64,000 nucleotides of DNA from Promethearchaeota archaeon. GTDB taxonomy: Archaea; Asgardarchaeota; Heimdallarchaeia; Hodarchaeales; Hodarchaeaceae. A model generated the notes under the pieces. It was not told the origin of the DNA. It worked only from the letters and a program-made list of their open reading frames with translations, and made no database searches. This document shows, in pieces, positions 49,075 through 58,570 of this stretch. The DNA lies in assembly GCA_048938105.1 (NCBI GenBank), contig JBHLMN010000016.1, positions 1 to 64,000 of the forward strand. The letters are read 5' to 3'. Numbering within the stretch: position 1 is the stretch's first letter; every line of letters begins with the position of its first letter. The translations under genes and the position numbers were made by a program.

Positions 49075-49176
49075 TTTCTCTGTTTATCAAGAATTCAAAG
49101 TCTATTTTATGATTGAGATAAACCTAAATGATAAAATATGATTAATCATTCGCCTTAAAGATGTATCTGATCTCAT

Positions 49177-49257
49177 ACATTCGCTGTATGATGATGTTAT
49201 CCCCGGATGAGTTGTGTATCAACAATGAATATATGAAGAGCCGTCTGAAGTGAATGT
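49177..49257 (+). ncRNA. Dual-guide box C/D sRNA targeting the LSU rRNA peptidyl-transferase region
   Basis: C box ATGATGA 49188-49194, D' ATGA 49207-49210, D CTGA 49245-49248, 9-bp terminal stem; guides complementary to CCGGGGAUAACA and CGGCUCUUC. Confidence 0.85.
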
Positions 49258-49300
49258 TCTTGATTTATGAGGTTTTAGTAAAAGTAAGAGAGGAAAAAAG

Positions 49301-49585
49301 ATGAAGAAGGACTTATTAGAAATTCTAGCCTGTCCAATATGCAAGAACCCCGAATTGGAATTATACATCTTTAAAGAGGATGGGGTCGAAATTGAAACTG
49401 GACTTATTGTTTGTTCAGAGTGTAATCGCTTTTATCCAATCAAAGGTACAATACCAGTTATGTTACCAGATGATTTGAGAAAAAAGGATGAAGATCTAAA
49501 ATTTCTTAGATCTAATCAGGAAAAAATTCCAGCTAAGGTTCTTACTGAAGGAAAACCTTTTTCATTGGCTAGCACTCAAAAATAA
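49301..49585 (+). CDS. Trm112 family methyltransferase activator
   Basis: LLEILACPICK...G-x-x-x-C-x-x-C-x-R-x-YPI-x-x-x-IP-x-ML. Confidence 0.9.
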   Translation: MKKDLLEILACPICKNPELELYIFKEDGVEIETGLIVCSECNRFYPIKGTIPVMLPDDLRKKDEDLKFLRSNQEKIPAKVLTEGKPFSLASTQK

Positions 49586-49690
49586 ACAACACTCCAGTCT
49601 TTTTGTTTTACTAGCAGGTCTTAGGTGTAATTTTGCTGATTTATAATACTTTCAAGGATAGTTAATTCTAGATAAATAGAAATAAGAACA

Positions 49691-49795
49691 TAGCCCCGCC
49701 CAGAATATCGCAAATAAGCATATGATGTGCTCTTGATTCGAACTGGGGTCTCGAGGACCAAAACCTCGTATGATGGTCCGCTACACTACGGGGCT
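49691..49795 (-). tRNA. tRNA-Gln(TTG) with T-loop intron (59/60, 49705-49736)
   Basis: AGCCCCG/CGGGGCT acceptor (A1-U72), CGAGG-TTTTGGT-CCTCG arm; removing 32 nt restores TTCGAAT. Confidence 0.9.
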
Positions 49796-50031
49796 GAAAT
49801 ATTTTTGACATTACACATGACATTGATTGCTAATACAGGACAAATAACCTCACAAGCTCGACATTCAAAGCATAAGCTGGGATCTGTAATTTTAATGGTT
49901 CCTTTAGGAGTTTTCTCATCAAAATTTCCTTGAATTATAATCTCTGCAGGACAGCTTCGGATGCATTTTAGACACTTAATACAGATATTTTGGTTGATTA
50001 TAATCTTTTGAGGGATATTTGTCCACCTCAT
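49786..50031 (-). CDS. 2x[4Fe-4S] ferredoxin
   Basis: CIKCLKCIRSCP and CFECRACEVICP. Confidence 0.9.
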   Translation of the reverse strand: MRWTNIPQKIIINQNICIKCLKCIRSCPAEIIIQGNFDEKTPKGTIKITDPSLCFECRACEVICPVLAINVMCNVKNISAP

Positions 50032-52103
50032 TTAGTAAGCAATGAACGTAGATCAATTAAAACCTTATCGACTTCGTTGTTCGCCTTACGAAGCTGTTTA
50101 TCATAATTGATTTTTAGTTTCGCATAGGCATCTTTACTGATTCTCTCCTGTGTTTTTTTTCGTTCGAGTGATTCAATATTTTGTAGAATATCTTCTCGAT
50201 TAGCTTCCGCAACTTCGATGGATCTCATAGCTATTCTATATCGTGGTCCTTTTTCTGATAATTTTTTTGATACTGATACAATTGAACGATCGATTCCTTT
50301 TTGACGATTTCCTAGAATTATCCGGGTTTGTTCGTACTCTCGTTGACTCATTCTCTTTGATTTTCGTTTTCGATCAAGTCTTAAGATTTGTTCTCTGATT
50401 GCAGTTTTTTCTTCATATGCTTTAACAAACTCCTTGATTAAATCTAAAGGTATTTCTTCTAATGTCAATCTTTTTGGTCTAAAACCGAACGAAAGATTTC
50501 TAAAAATCGTATAAGCCAAACCCAGAAGTAAAAACAAAATACAGATCGAGAGAGGAACGTTAATAAAATAAAGAAGAGGTAGACTAAAATCGATATTGAG
50601 ATATTGATTGCTGAGAGGGGTTAGATCTTTGAAAATTATTCTGAAACCAGTTTTATCGAAGATCCCAAGGAGTTCTTTCTCTCGAATTCGAGAATTATAA
50701 GTTGAATTTCTTAAAGTTATTTCTTCTATGGATCTTACTATACTAGTCAAGTTGTAACTCGAACCATGAGGTAGTAATAGATTAAATTCAAATCTTTGAA
50801 TAGTCCAATTGAAGTTCATTGACAATGGGATTCTTAATTGAGCTTTACCTCCTCCTAGGTCCTTTACGAGATCTGAAACTTCTTCTTGATAAGATAAGTG
50901 TAAATCATATTTTTCATTATCTTCTATTTGGACTCTCGGCTTAATACTCAGTACTTTTTTACTAATGATAGAATCAATAGAGACGGTTGGCGTGAGATTC
51001 CCATATTTATCATGTAAGCTAATTTTTTTAGCACTTTCAGGCAAGTAAAAATTAATTTGTGGAAAATTTGATCCTCCAAGGGTTGTTGAAATGGTAGATC
51101 CTGATTTAATACCAATATTATGAATTGCGATTTCATATTCAGTATTGACATATCCCCATTCCGATACGGTAACAACAGATTTCATCTCTGTGAACTCAAT
51201 TTTTGTATTTGCTTGTTGAAAATAGGTGAAAGAGAGATAAGATGTGAGATTAGCGGCTAGAGTCGGGATATAAACTGGTATAAAAGGTCGATTTTGGAGG
51301 AAAGTAAGATTATAATTTCCAAATTCAGACATATTTAATGAAGATCTGTTAATACTTGAAATTTCAGTGATATTTTCAAAAATTAAGCCATATGATGTAT
51401 CTTTTGAGAAATTACCTGTAAAAAAATCGCTTGTTGGTTGAATGGAATCATTTTCCACGTTAACGTCAATATCTTCCCCGACTTTCCACTGTAAATTATA
51501 AGAAGTAATTGGAAAAGATATCAGAGGAAGAAAACTGAGATTGAACTGATAAGGATAGGTTGCCTCTTCAAGTTTAGCCTTCTCTTCAAATGTTATTGCA
51601 TTTAGATGATCCATCTTTATAATTATTGATAGAAATTGATTTTTTTCAATTGATGGAATTTGAATAACAAATGTAGTTGATTCATTTTTTTCTATTCTAT
51701 CTATAACTTTGGTAGATTCTGCATCAGTATCATTTAGAGAATAAATTTCCAGATATTTTGAATCAACAAGTTCATGAGTTGGAATAGTGTAATTAAATGC
51801 ATCTATCGGTTGGGAAGCATTTTCAGACAAGTGCAGATGAATTTTAGTGTAAGAGGTTGTGTAACCATATGGATTGGCTATGATCACCCTACTTACGTTT
51901 ATTTCGTGACTTGTGTTGGTAAAATCATTAACATCAAAAAAATTGAGTAAGTCTTCATTGTTCTTTTCTACTTCAGCTTGAGAAGAATTCTCATTGTTTA
52001 TGGAGATTCCACGGTCAATGTTTGTATTAAGTGACACAAGAAGGGTAGAAACTATCAATGCAATGAGTAATAAATTCAAGCTGGACTCTAGTTTTCTTTT
52101 CAT
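50028..52103 (-). CDS. Ribophorin I (OST1)-like protein
   Basis: Signal anchor, two related luminal halves (RVIIANPYG / VTVSEWG), LLPHGS, single TM, cytosolic coiled-coil tail; many sequons. Confidence 0.75.
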   Translation of the reverse strand: MKRKLESSLNLLLIALIVSTLLVSLNTNIDRGISINNENSSQAEVEKNNEDLLNFFDVNDFTNTSHEINVSRVIIANPYGYTTSYTKIHLHLSENASQPIDAFNYTIPTHELVDSKYLEIYSLNDTDAESTKVIDRIEKNESTTFVIQIPSIEKNQFLSIIIKMDHLNAITFEEKAKLEEATYPYQFNLSFLPLISFPITSYNLQWKVGEDIDVNVENDSIQPTSDFFTGNFSKDTSYGLIFENITEISSINRSSLNMSEFGNYNLTFLQNRPFIPVYIPTLAANLTSYLSFTYFQQANTKIEFTEMKSVVTVSEWGYVNTEYEIAIHNIGIKSGSTISTTLGGSNFPQINFYLPESAKKISLHDKYGNLTPTVSIDSIISKKVLSIKPRVQIEDNEKYDLHLSYQEEVSDLVKDLGGGKAQLRIPLSMNFNWTIQRFEFNLLLPHGSSYNLTSIVRSIEEITLRNSTYNSRIREKELLGIFDKTGFRIIFKDLTPLSNQYLNIDFSLPLLYFINVPLSICILFLLLGLAYTIFRNLSFGFRPKRLTLEEIPLDLIKEFVKAYEEKTAIREQILRLDRKRKSKRMSQREYEQTRIILGNRQKGIDRSIVSVSKKLSEKGPRYRIAMRSIEVAEANREDILQNIESLERKKTQERISKDAYAKLKINYDKQLRKANNEVDKVLIDLRSLLTK

Positions 52104-52888
52104 CTACAAATGCTCCTATGATTTAGCTTTGTTATCAACAGTAACGCTAGCATTGATTAAGAGATTGATATTCTGATAATCCACCTGAACTTGCAGATTA
52201 TGGCTGATACGGTCTCGTTTTGCACAGTATAAAATATTTTATCTTTTCTTAGAAAACTTTACCTAAATTAAAAAAAAAGATGATTACAAGTAATCATAAC
52301 TGTGTATTGTGATTTTAAACAATAAAACTTACAAAAAATGTCATTAGATTAGGAAATCAAAATTTTCAAACTGGAAAAAAAGATTAAAAGTCTATATAAG
52401 AAATAGAGGTGTTCTTAACAACAAATTTGGATGTATTAAAATCATTTATGATATTCTTTGAAGGGTCATTTATTAGGTACCTTATCCTAACAATAAGCAT
52501 ATTGTTTGATATAAAGTTTTTAGAAAGTCTCGTTTCTGGCTATATCCTTGTTTCAAACCTCTTTTCAACAAGTATATACCTTTTTTCCTCTTTTCCTCCT
52601 TTATTTCCATAAGGACTCTTGACTCCGTCTCTTTATATTCTTCAGCTGTTATTTGCGTCTTAATCTAGCTTAATATTTTTAAACCTCAATCCTATCCCTG
52701 AAAAAACTGAATGAATTCCTTCCTTCCTCTGAGGTTGAGAAATTAGCAAAAATCTAAATTAATAAAAAAAGATAATGAAGTTGAATAGTTAAGGAAACAA
52801 ATCCTTTAGTCTCTAATAGATTCGTCTGTAGCATAAATCTGAGTACCTATGTATTAGAACCACTTATTCAATTTTGGAGGTTCATTAT

Positions 52889-54403
52889 GTGACATCTAGG
52901 TTTCTTCAAGCTGTTCGGCCATTCATGTCAATAACCCCAGAAGTCGTTAAACCTACTCGGGAGGTGCATTTTAATGAAAAAATGGTCTGGACATTTGCTG
53001 CTCTTGTTATTTATTTTGTGATGGCATCAACACCGATTATTGGAGCTGATTTAGGAGAGAGTGACCCTTTTGCCTTTATGCGGACAATCACAGCTTCAAC
53101 TCAAGGATCCTTAGCTGAACTTGGAATTGGCCCTATAGTGACAGCGGGACTCATTATGCAGATCTTGGTGGGATCTAAAATTATTAATGTAAATATGGGG
53201 GATCCAGAAGAGAGATCTCTCTATACTGGTGCCCAAAAGGTCATGTCAGTAGCAATGACGATTATAGAGGCATCTGCTTTCTTAATTGGAGGAACCTATG
53301 GAACTGATCTCGACCCTGGAAGTCAATTAGCAATAATTACCCAATTATTAGCAGCAGGCATCATCATCATTCTACTTGATGAAATGATTCAGAAAGGGTG
53401 GGGTTTAGGATCAGGAATCTCCCTTTTTATTGCAGGAGGCGTTGGCTTACAAATTTTCCAAGGATTATTTGCAGCACAGCCTGTTGGGGAAGGATCACTT
53501 GATCCGGACTCCATGGTGACCTCATTTCGAGGGATTGCTTTTGCATTTTTCGCTTGGGCAACACAACGAGGGCCAATTGAAGCAATAGGAGCCCTATTTT
53601 TCCGCTATAGTCCATCTGAGAATGTAAATCTTCCTTCCTTATCTCTCCTCTCTGTTATTGCGACTATTGTTGTGTTTATCATTGTGATCTATTTTGAATC
53701 AATGCGGATTGAAATACCAATCTCTTATGCCCAATATAAGGGGATCCGTTCAACCTATCCTATTAAGCTCCTTTATGTATCAAATATCCCTGTTATCCTA
53801 ACTTCGGCCGTATTCGCCGATATCTACTTTATCGCTCAAATGGTCTGGAATACGGTCGGTAGACAAAATCCAAATAATCCTATAGCTGCTTTTTTAGGAA
53901 CATTTAGGATTGATGAAGCTTCTAATCAGTATGTTCCTATGGGGGGTCTTGTTTATTTCTTAACCCCCCCACGATCGCTTATTGGAGATCTTGGGGTTAT
54001 TAATCCTAGTGATCCATTGAGTTCCTTAGCTCGTGCTTTTATTTATGCTGCTATTCTAATTGTACTTTCTGTCATTTTTTCAGTTATGTGGTTAGAAACA
54101 GCTGGAATGGGGCCGCGTGATGTAGCAAGCCAGTTCTTACAATCAGGAATGCAGATGCCAGGTTGGCGTCGAAGCAAAAAGATTGTTGAACGCCGATTAG
54201 AGATGTATATTCCTACAATAGCTGTAATCGGTGGGTTATTCATTGGTTGTCTTGCAGCCTTTGCTGATTTCCTTGGAGCAATCGGTTCGGGGATGGGTAT
54301 TCTCCTCTCAGTTAGTATTATGAGACAATATTTTGAATTAATAAGTAAGGAAAGAGTCGCAGAAATGAATCCTGCTTTACGTGGTTTCCTAGGAATATCC
54401 TAG
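52889..54403 (+). CDS. secY: SecY/Sec61-alpha
   Basis: LAELGIGPIVTAGLIMQ, LLDE-x-x-x-KGWGLGSGISLFI, YPIKLLYVSNIP; GTG start after GGAGG. Confidence 0.98.
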   Translation: MTSRFLQAVRPFMSITPEVVKPTREVHFNEKMVWTFAALVIYFVMASTPIIGADLGESDPFAFMRTITASTQGSLAELGIGPIVTAGLIMQILVGSKIINVNMGDPEERSLYTGAQKVMSVAMTIIEASAFLIGGTYGTDLDPGSQLAIITQLLAAGIIIILLDEMIQKGWGLGSGISLFIAGGVGLQIFQGLFAAQPVGEGSLDPDSMVTSFRGIAFAFFAWATQRGPIEAIGALFFRYSPSENVNLPSLSLLSVIATIVVFIIVIYFESMRIEIPISYAQYKGIRSTYPIKLLYVSNIPVILTSAVFADIYFIAQMVWNTVGRQNPNNPIAAFLGTFRIDEASNQYVPMGGLVYFLTPPRSLIGDLGVINPSDPLSSLARAFIYAAILIVLSVIFSVMWLETAGMGPRDVASQFLQSGMQMPGWRRSKKIVERRLEMYIPTIAVIGGLFIGCLAAFADFLGAIGSGMGILLSVSIMRQYFELISKERVAEMNPALRGFLGIS

Positions 54404-54432
54404 TTATTTTTTTCATTTTCTATTTATTAATC

Positions 54433-55212
54433 TTAATCAATGAAGCGAATTTGGATTCGATCACCAGGAGTAATGTCTAAAATATCTACTGCTCTACCAT
54501 TTCGAAGACTGATTTCTAATGTTTCAAAGCTACTAAGAACGAGAAAAGGATTTTCATCAGAACCTTCAAAGTAACTTCTCTTAAACCTTAATGACACTCT
54601 AGTCCTTGGCGTTAATAATAGATACTTTTTGTCATGTTGTAGATTCATTGAACTGGGAATGTTGGTTATAATATTACCAAAATGATCGATAAAGATAACT
54701 TCTCCAGTCTTTGTCGTCTTATCCCAAAAGAAATCTAAGGAAGTTTGAATGTCGCTGGGAGGGCCTAGACCATTAAGTGAATAAATCTGACTGAGGTTCC
54801 CCGCTGCAGGAGCAAATACATCTCGTCCATGAAAAGTGTGAGAAGTATCATTAGGGATTTGAAGATCAACAATAAAAACATCCTCATTATCGGAGATGAT
54901 AGGTGATAAAACACCATTATCAGGTCCAATGAAGTAATAATCCTCTTTTTGGGCAGCGATTGCTTTCCTAGAGCTACCAACCCCAGGGTCTACAACAACT
55001 AAAAAAATTGTATGAAGAGGAAAATATTTGTATGATTTCAACAAAACAAATGCAGCATGACGAATATCTTGTGTTTTAATATTATTAGTAAGTGAAATAA
55101 TTCTAACTAAGGGATTAATTTGAAGAATTCTCCCTTTCATTATACCAACATAAGGATCACTGCCAAAATCTGTTATAAAAACAATAAGGGGATTTTTTAA
55201 GGCCTCAATCAG
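54433..55212 (-). CDS. SAM hydroxide adenosyltransferase / chlorinase-fluorinase family (DUF62), extended to a CTG start
   Basis: ITDFG-x-D-x-Y lies upstream of the annotated ATG; VVDPGVGS, GPDNG, TFHGRDVFAP, IDHFGN. Confidence 0.88.
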   Translation of the reverse strand: MIEALKNPLIVFITDFGSDPYVGIMKGRILQINPLVRIISLTNNIKTQDIRHAAFVLLKSYKYFPLHTIFLVVVDPGVGSSRKAIAAQKEDYYFIGPDNGVLSPIISDNEDVFIVDLQIPNDTSHTFHGRDVFAPAAGNLSQIYSLNGLGPPSDIQTSLDFFWDKTTKTGEVIFIDHFGNIITNIPSSMNLQHDKKYLLLTPRTRVSLRFKRSYFEGSDENPFLVLSSFETLEISLRNGRAVDILDITPGDRIQIRFID

Positions 55213-55312
55213 AGTTCACATCTTAATACTCAAATACTATTAATGAAACTTGCTTCGAGTGAATTGAAGAGAAATAAAAAAATATTACTTTCCAATTCAT
55301 TCTTGTTATCTT

Positions 55313-56701
55313 TCAAAGAACGAGCTTTTGTGACGCCCCTGAATTCTTTTGAGGTTCATTGACAAGAATCAATATAAGAATTCCCAAACAACTTATTACA
55401 AGTAAAAAGATCAAAGCACCCGTAAAACTGAAAAATTCAAGTGTTGCACCTAGTAATCCATATCCTATTATTGAAAGAAACAAATTAATTGTGTTAAAAA
55501 GAGATTCCTGCGAGCTTCTAGTTTCAGAAGAAGTGATATTGAGATATACTTGCCAATATAGGCCTGTAGTAAGCCCTATTAAGATAATTCTCAGAAAAAA
55601 TATAAAAATAACCAGAATTAGTTTTAAAAATGGGGAGAAATTAATGCCTACAATGCATAAATAAGCAATCCAACCAACTGGATAATTGAGAGTATAAAAT
55701 ATAAGTAACCCTTTATAGGGAGAGTTAATGAAAGATGATATTTTTCCAGATAGGCGACTAGCAAACGCAAAAACGATTTCTGAAATCGCTCGGGTTATAG
55801 ATACGAGTATTATTGAGATTGTAGCGAATTGAATATTATAATTGTCTTGATTGAAAATCTGAATTGGAGAACTGATATCATATAATAAGGAAGAAAAGAC
55901 TACTGTACTAAAAGAAACTGAAGTAAAAGCTAGGAGTGAGAAACCTACGAAGAAAGGAGCGACATAAATATATTTTTCTTTAATATATTGAATTTTTCTA
56001 TTAATCCCAGATGTATTATGACTGTAAATTTGAGATATAGAATTTATTTTCTCTTCTTTTCTCAATATTCTTCTTTTCATCGAAGGAGGAGAGGAAATGA
56101 ATTTCAATCCGAGAAAAACTCCTATAACAGCAATCATAGCTTGTATTAGAAATATTGTTTGCGGTTTAACTTGGTTTAAGTGAAGTAGACACCCTCCTAG
56201 AAATGCTGCTAAAGCAGCTACAATTGTCTTTACAAAATTAACACTTCCCATTACACTACGGAAAGACAGTTCATTACCTTTTGACGAGAATAACTCCCAG
56301 GTATTCATGAACCAAACATTAAATGAACCAGAGAGGAGGGCAGAATAAATTCCTACTATAATTTCTAGAAATAATAATTCAATGGGCTTTACAGCAAAAA
56401 TAAGTCCTAAATAGTACACAAACAAACAGGATAATGCACCACAAAAGGCAAGTCTTTGACCCAAACGATCCGTTAGGATACCTAGGGGTAGATCAAGAAT
56501 AGCTCCACAAAACATTCCAATGGACAGGATTATTCCAAAAGCGATAAAAGAATCTAAAATTGACAAATAATATAATGAAATCCAAGCATAACTCAGATAA
56601 ATTCCAGAAACTACTACCTGCAAACTACAATATTTGAGACTTAGGTTTTTTAAATCCGAAGGAAAAGCTGATATACCAAGAATTGTGTGAATGAAAGACA
56701 T
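55313..56701 (-). CDS. MFS transporter
   Basis: About 12 TM; D-x-P-x-G-x-x-x-DRLGQR motif A. Confidence 0.85.
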   Translation of the reverse strand: MSFIHTILGISAFPSDLKNLSLKYCSLQVVVSGIYLSYAWISLYYLSILDSFIAFGIILSIGMFCGAILDLPLGILTDRLGQRLAFCGALSCLFVYYLGLIFAVKPIELLFLEIIVGIYSALLSGSFNVWFMNTWELFSSKGNELSFRSVMGSVNFVKTIVAALAAFLGGCLLHLNQVKPQTIFLIQAMIAVIGVFLGLKFISSPPSMKRRILRKEEKINSISQIYSHNTSGINRKIQYIKEKYIYVAPFFVGFSLLAFTSVSFSTVVFSSLLYDISSPIQIFNQDNYNIQFATISIILVSITRAISEIVFAFASRLSGKISSFINSPYKGLLIFYTLNYPVGWIAYLCIVGINFSPFLKLILVIFIFFLRIILIGLTTGLYWQVYLNITSSETRSSQESLFNTINLFLSIIGYGLLGATLEFFSFTGALIFLLVISCLGILILILVNEPQKNSGASQKLVL

Positions 56702-56747
56702 ATTTATCCTACTCTATTATTATCTAAATTAAATTAAACGAGGGGTT

Positions 56748-58127
56748 TCATTGAGTAGGTGTGGTCTTATTTGCTACATGAGAAACTGTAGTAAAATTTA
56801 CTATGGGATAATCTTGAGAGTTAACTTCCCCACCTGATAGGATAACAAGATATGGTGTTTTCCCAAGGTAATTTTTGAAAATGTCAAGATACTGACCAAA
56901 TTTATCTCCAAGAACCATTGTTCTATTTGCACAATCAAAAAATAACCCAAATACAGTGTTTTCTGTTACTAACCTTTCTAGAGTTTTTCTCAAGGAATTC
57001 TCAATTGTAGTCGAACTTTGGTCTCCTATGAATGCATTATATCGGTTTGGATCGTTGGAATGTAATTTCTTAGCTATTTGTGGAGGTGCTGTGATAAGTG
57101 CATGCTTTAAGTTCGGATTAACCATTAACCCGTATGGATTTAGGTTCTGTTGATCATCAATGACACAGAGAGGTCTGTAAGGATGAGCATAAAATGATCT
57201 TTGAGTACACCTTTCCAAGATATCTGGACATTTTTCCATACCAAATAATTCGAGTAAGGCGTCTGCGCCCCACTTTCCGTGAATTCGTGGAGTAAATCCT
57301 CCGTTAATAAAACTATCTAGACTAAAACTCTTATCAGGGATAATCTTAGCCCCTGAATCAGCTTTACTTTCAAACTGGAGTTCAGGAGAGCTTATTGACA
57401 TATAAGCCAGCGAATCTTTATAAGTTTTGCAATTATGGAATTGGTATGCTTTAAGCATGGTTATTGGATCAGCGCCAAAACTACCTGTAAAATGTATTCC
57501 TCTTTTATGAAGCTGTGTGAAAAGAGGCCAAGAAGAAGAATAGGAAAAACCAATTCCAGCAATATTCATTAATAGCTCAGTTGGTTTTCCAGCTAATTTT
57601 GAAAGAATAGGAAATTTGCACCAAATGCGGTTATTAAAGGCCATGAATGGATTTATGCCTTCAATGCGGTGATTCAACATATTTACCATAAATTTTGGAA
57701 ATCCAATTCCAGGGGGAAAGAAGAGGTGCGTGGTGTTTGAATTTCTTTTATACTCTTTTTGAACTGTTTTTCTACAGTCTCTAACAACCTTTTTTGTCTT
57801 GATCCAGTTACCAATCCGGAATCGTTTTACAATGGTACTTTTAGCAGTAATACCTGCAAACAACATCAATCCTGCCCCTTTCAAACCATAATCATCCTTA
57901 TTAGCCATACCAAGACCAGAACATCCTGCTAGTGGGACATTTGGATATTTGTCATTTATTATTGCCATTGCGCTGTCATATGTTTTCATTCCCCCAGAAT
58001 GTGATCCAGTGAAATACAGAATAGCACTTGGTTGCGCTCTTAATTCATCTTCAGCTTGTTTAAGAGCTTTTATAGTAGCTCGCTTTAAATTATGGTCTAT
58101 ATGGAGACCTATTGCTGTTTTTATCAG
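56748..58127 (-). CDS. FIST N/C domain sensory protein, extended to a CTG start
   Basis: PLAGCSG, FDCANR and GGE FIST-like motifs; 46 open codons upstream of the ATG read as a FIST N-terminus. Confidence 0.72.
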   Translation of the reverse strand: MIKTAIGLHIDHNLKRATIKALKQAEDELRAQPSAILYFTGSHSGGMKTYDSAMAIINDKYPNVPLAGCSGLGMANKDDYGLKGAGLMLFAGITAKSTIVKRFRIGNWIKTKKVVRDCRKTVQKEYKRNSNTTHLFFPPGIGFPKFMVNMLNHRIEGINPFMAFNNRIWCKFPILSKLAGKPTELLMNIAGIGFSYSSSWPLFTQLHKRGIHFTGSFGADPITMLKAYQFHNCKTYKDSLAYMSISSPELQFESKADSGAKIIPDKSFSLDSFINGGFTPRIHGKWGADALLELFGMEKCPDILERCTQRSFYAHPYRPLCVIDDQQNLNPYGLMVNPNLKHALITAPPQIAKKLHSNDPNRYNAFIGDQSSTTIENSLRKTLERLVTENTVFGLFFDCANRTMVLGDKFGQYLDIFKNYLGKTPYLVILSGGEVNSQDYPIVNFTTVSHVANKTTPTQ

Positions 58128-58129
58128 GT

Positions 58130-58570
58130 TTAGTCACCTAAGGGGGTTTTCTTATCTATAATTTCGCCTACTCGTCTTGCATTACGACTCATTTCGATTT
58201 CCATTAGACCTGTATTAGCTATCGTAGTGAGAATTGTTACAACAATACTAGTTTTTCCAGCACAATAAAAATAAACTGGGATAGCATCCTTATCATTGAT
58301 TTCTTTATCATATTTAATAGACCTTGATCCTGCTTGAAGTTCCTCCATTGTTTTAGAAATTATATTTTTCACCCATTTAATAACAACTAATAGATTTTGA
58401 GAAGCTTCAGAACGATATTGAGACTTTATAACTTTGCCATCCAGTCGAAATAGGATTACAGATTGTACATCATCAAAATCCGCAAGATACGTTAATTCCT
58501 TGTCAATTGAGGCTATCACTGGCGATAAATCGATAGAATGAACATTAGAATCAATTTTATGAGATCTCAT
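58130..58570 (-). CDS. Roadblock/LC7-like protein
   Basis: DVQSVILFRLDGKVI-x-S and GL-x-x-x-EM-x-R-x-A-x-x-V patterns. Confidence 0.7.
   Translation of the reverse strand: MRSHKIDSNVHSIDLSPVIASIDKELTYLADFDDVQSVILFRLDGKVIKSQYRSEASQNLLVVIKWVKNIISKTMEELQAGSRSIKYDKEINDKDAIPVYFYCAGKTSIVVTILTTIANTGLMEIEMSRNARRVGEIIDKKTPLGD

Noticed and set aside
52105-52230. Two hairpins upstream of ribophorin I, possible H/ACA RNA
   Set aside because: No correctly placed H or ACA box; stems are short and G-U rich.
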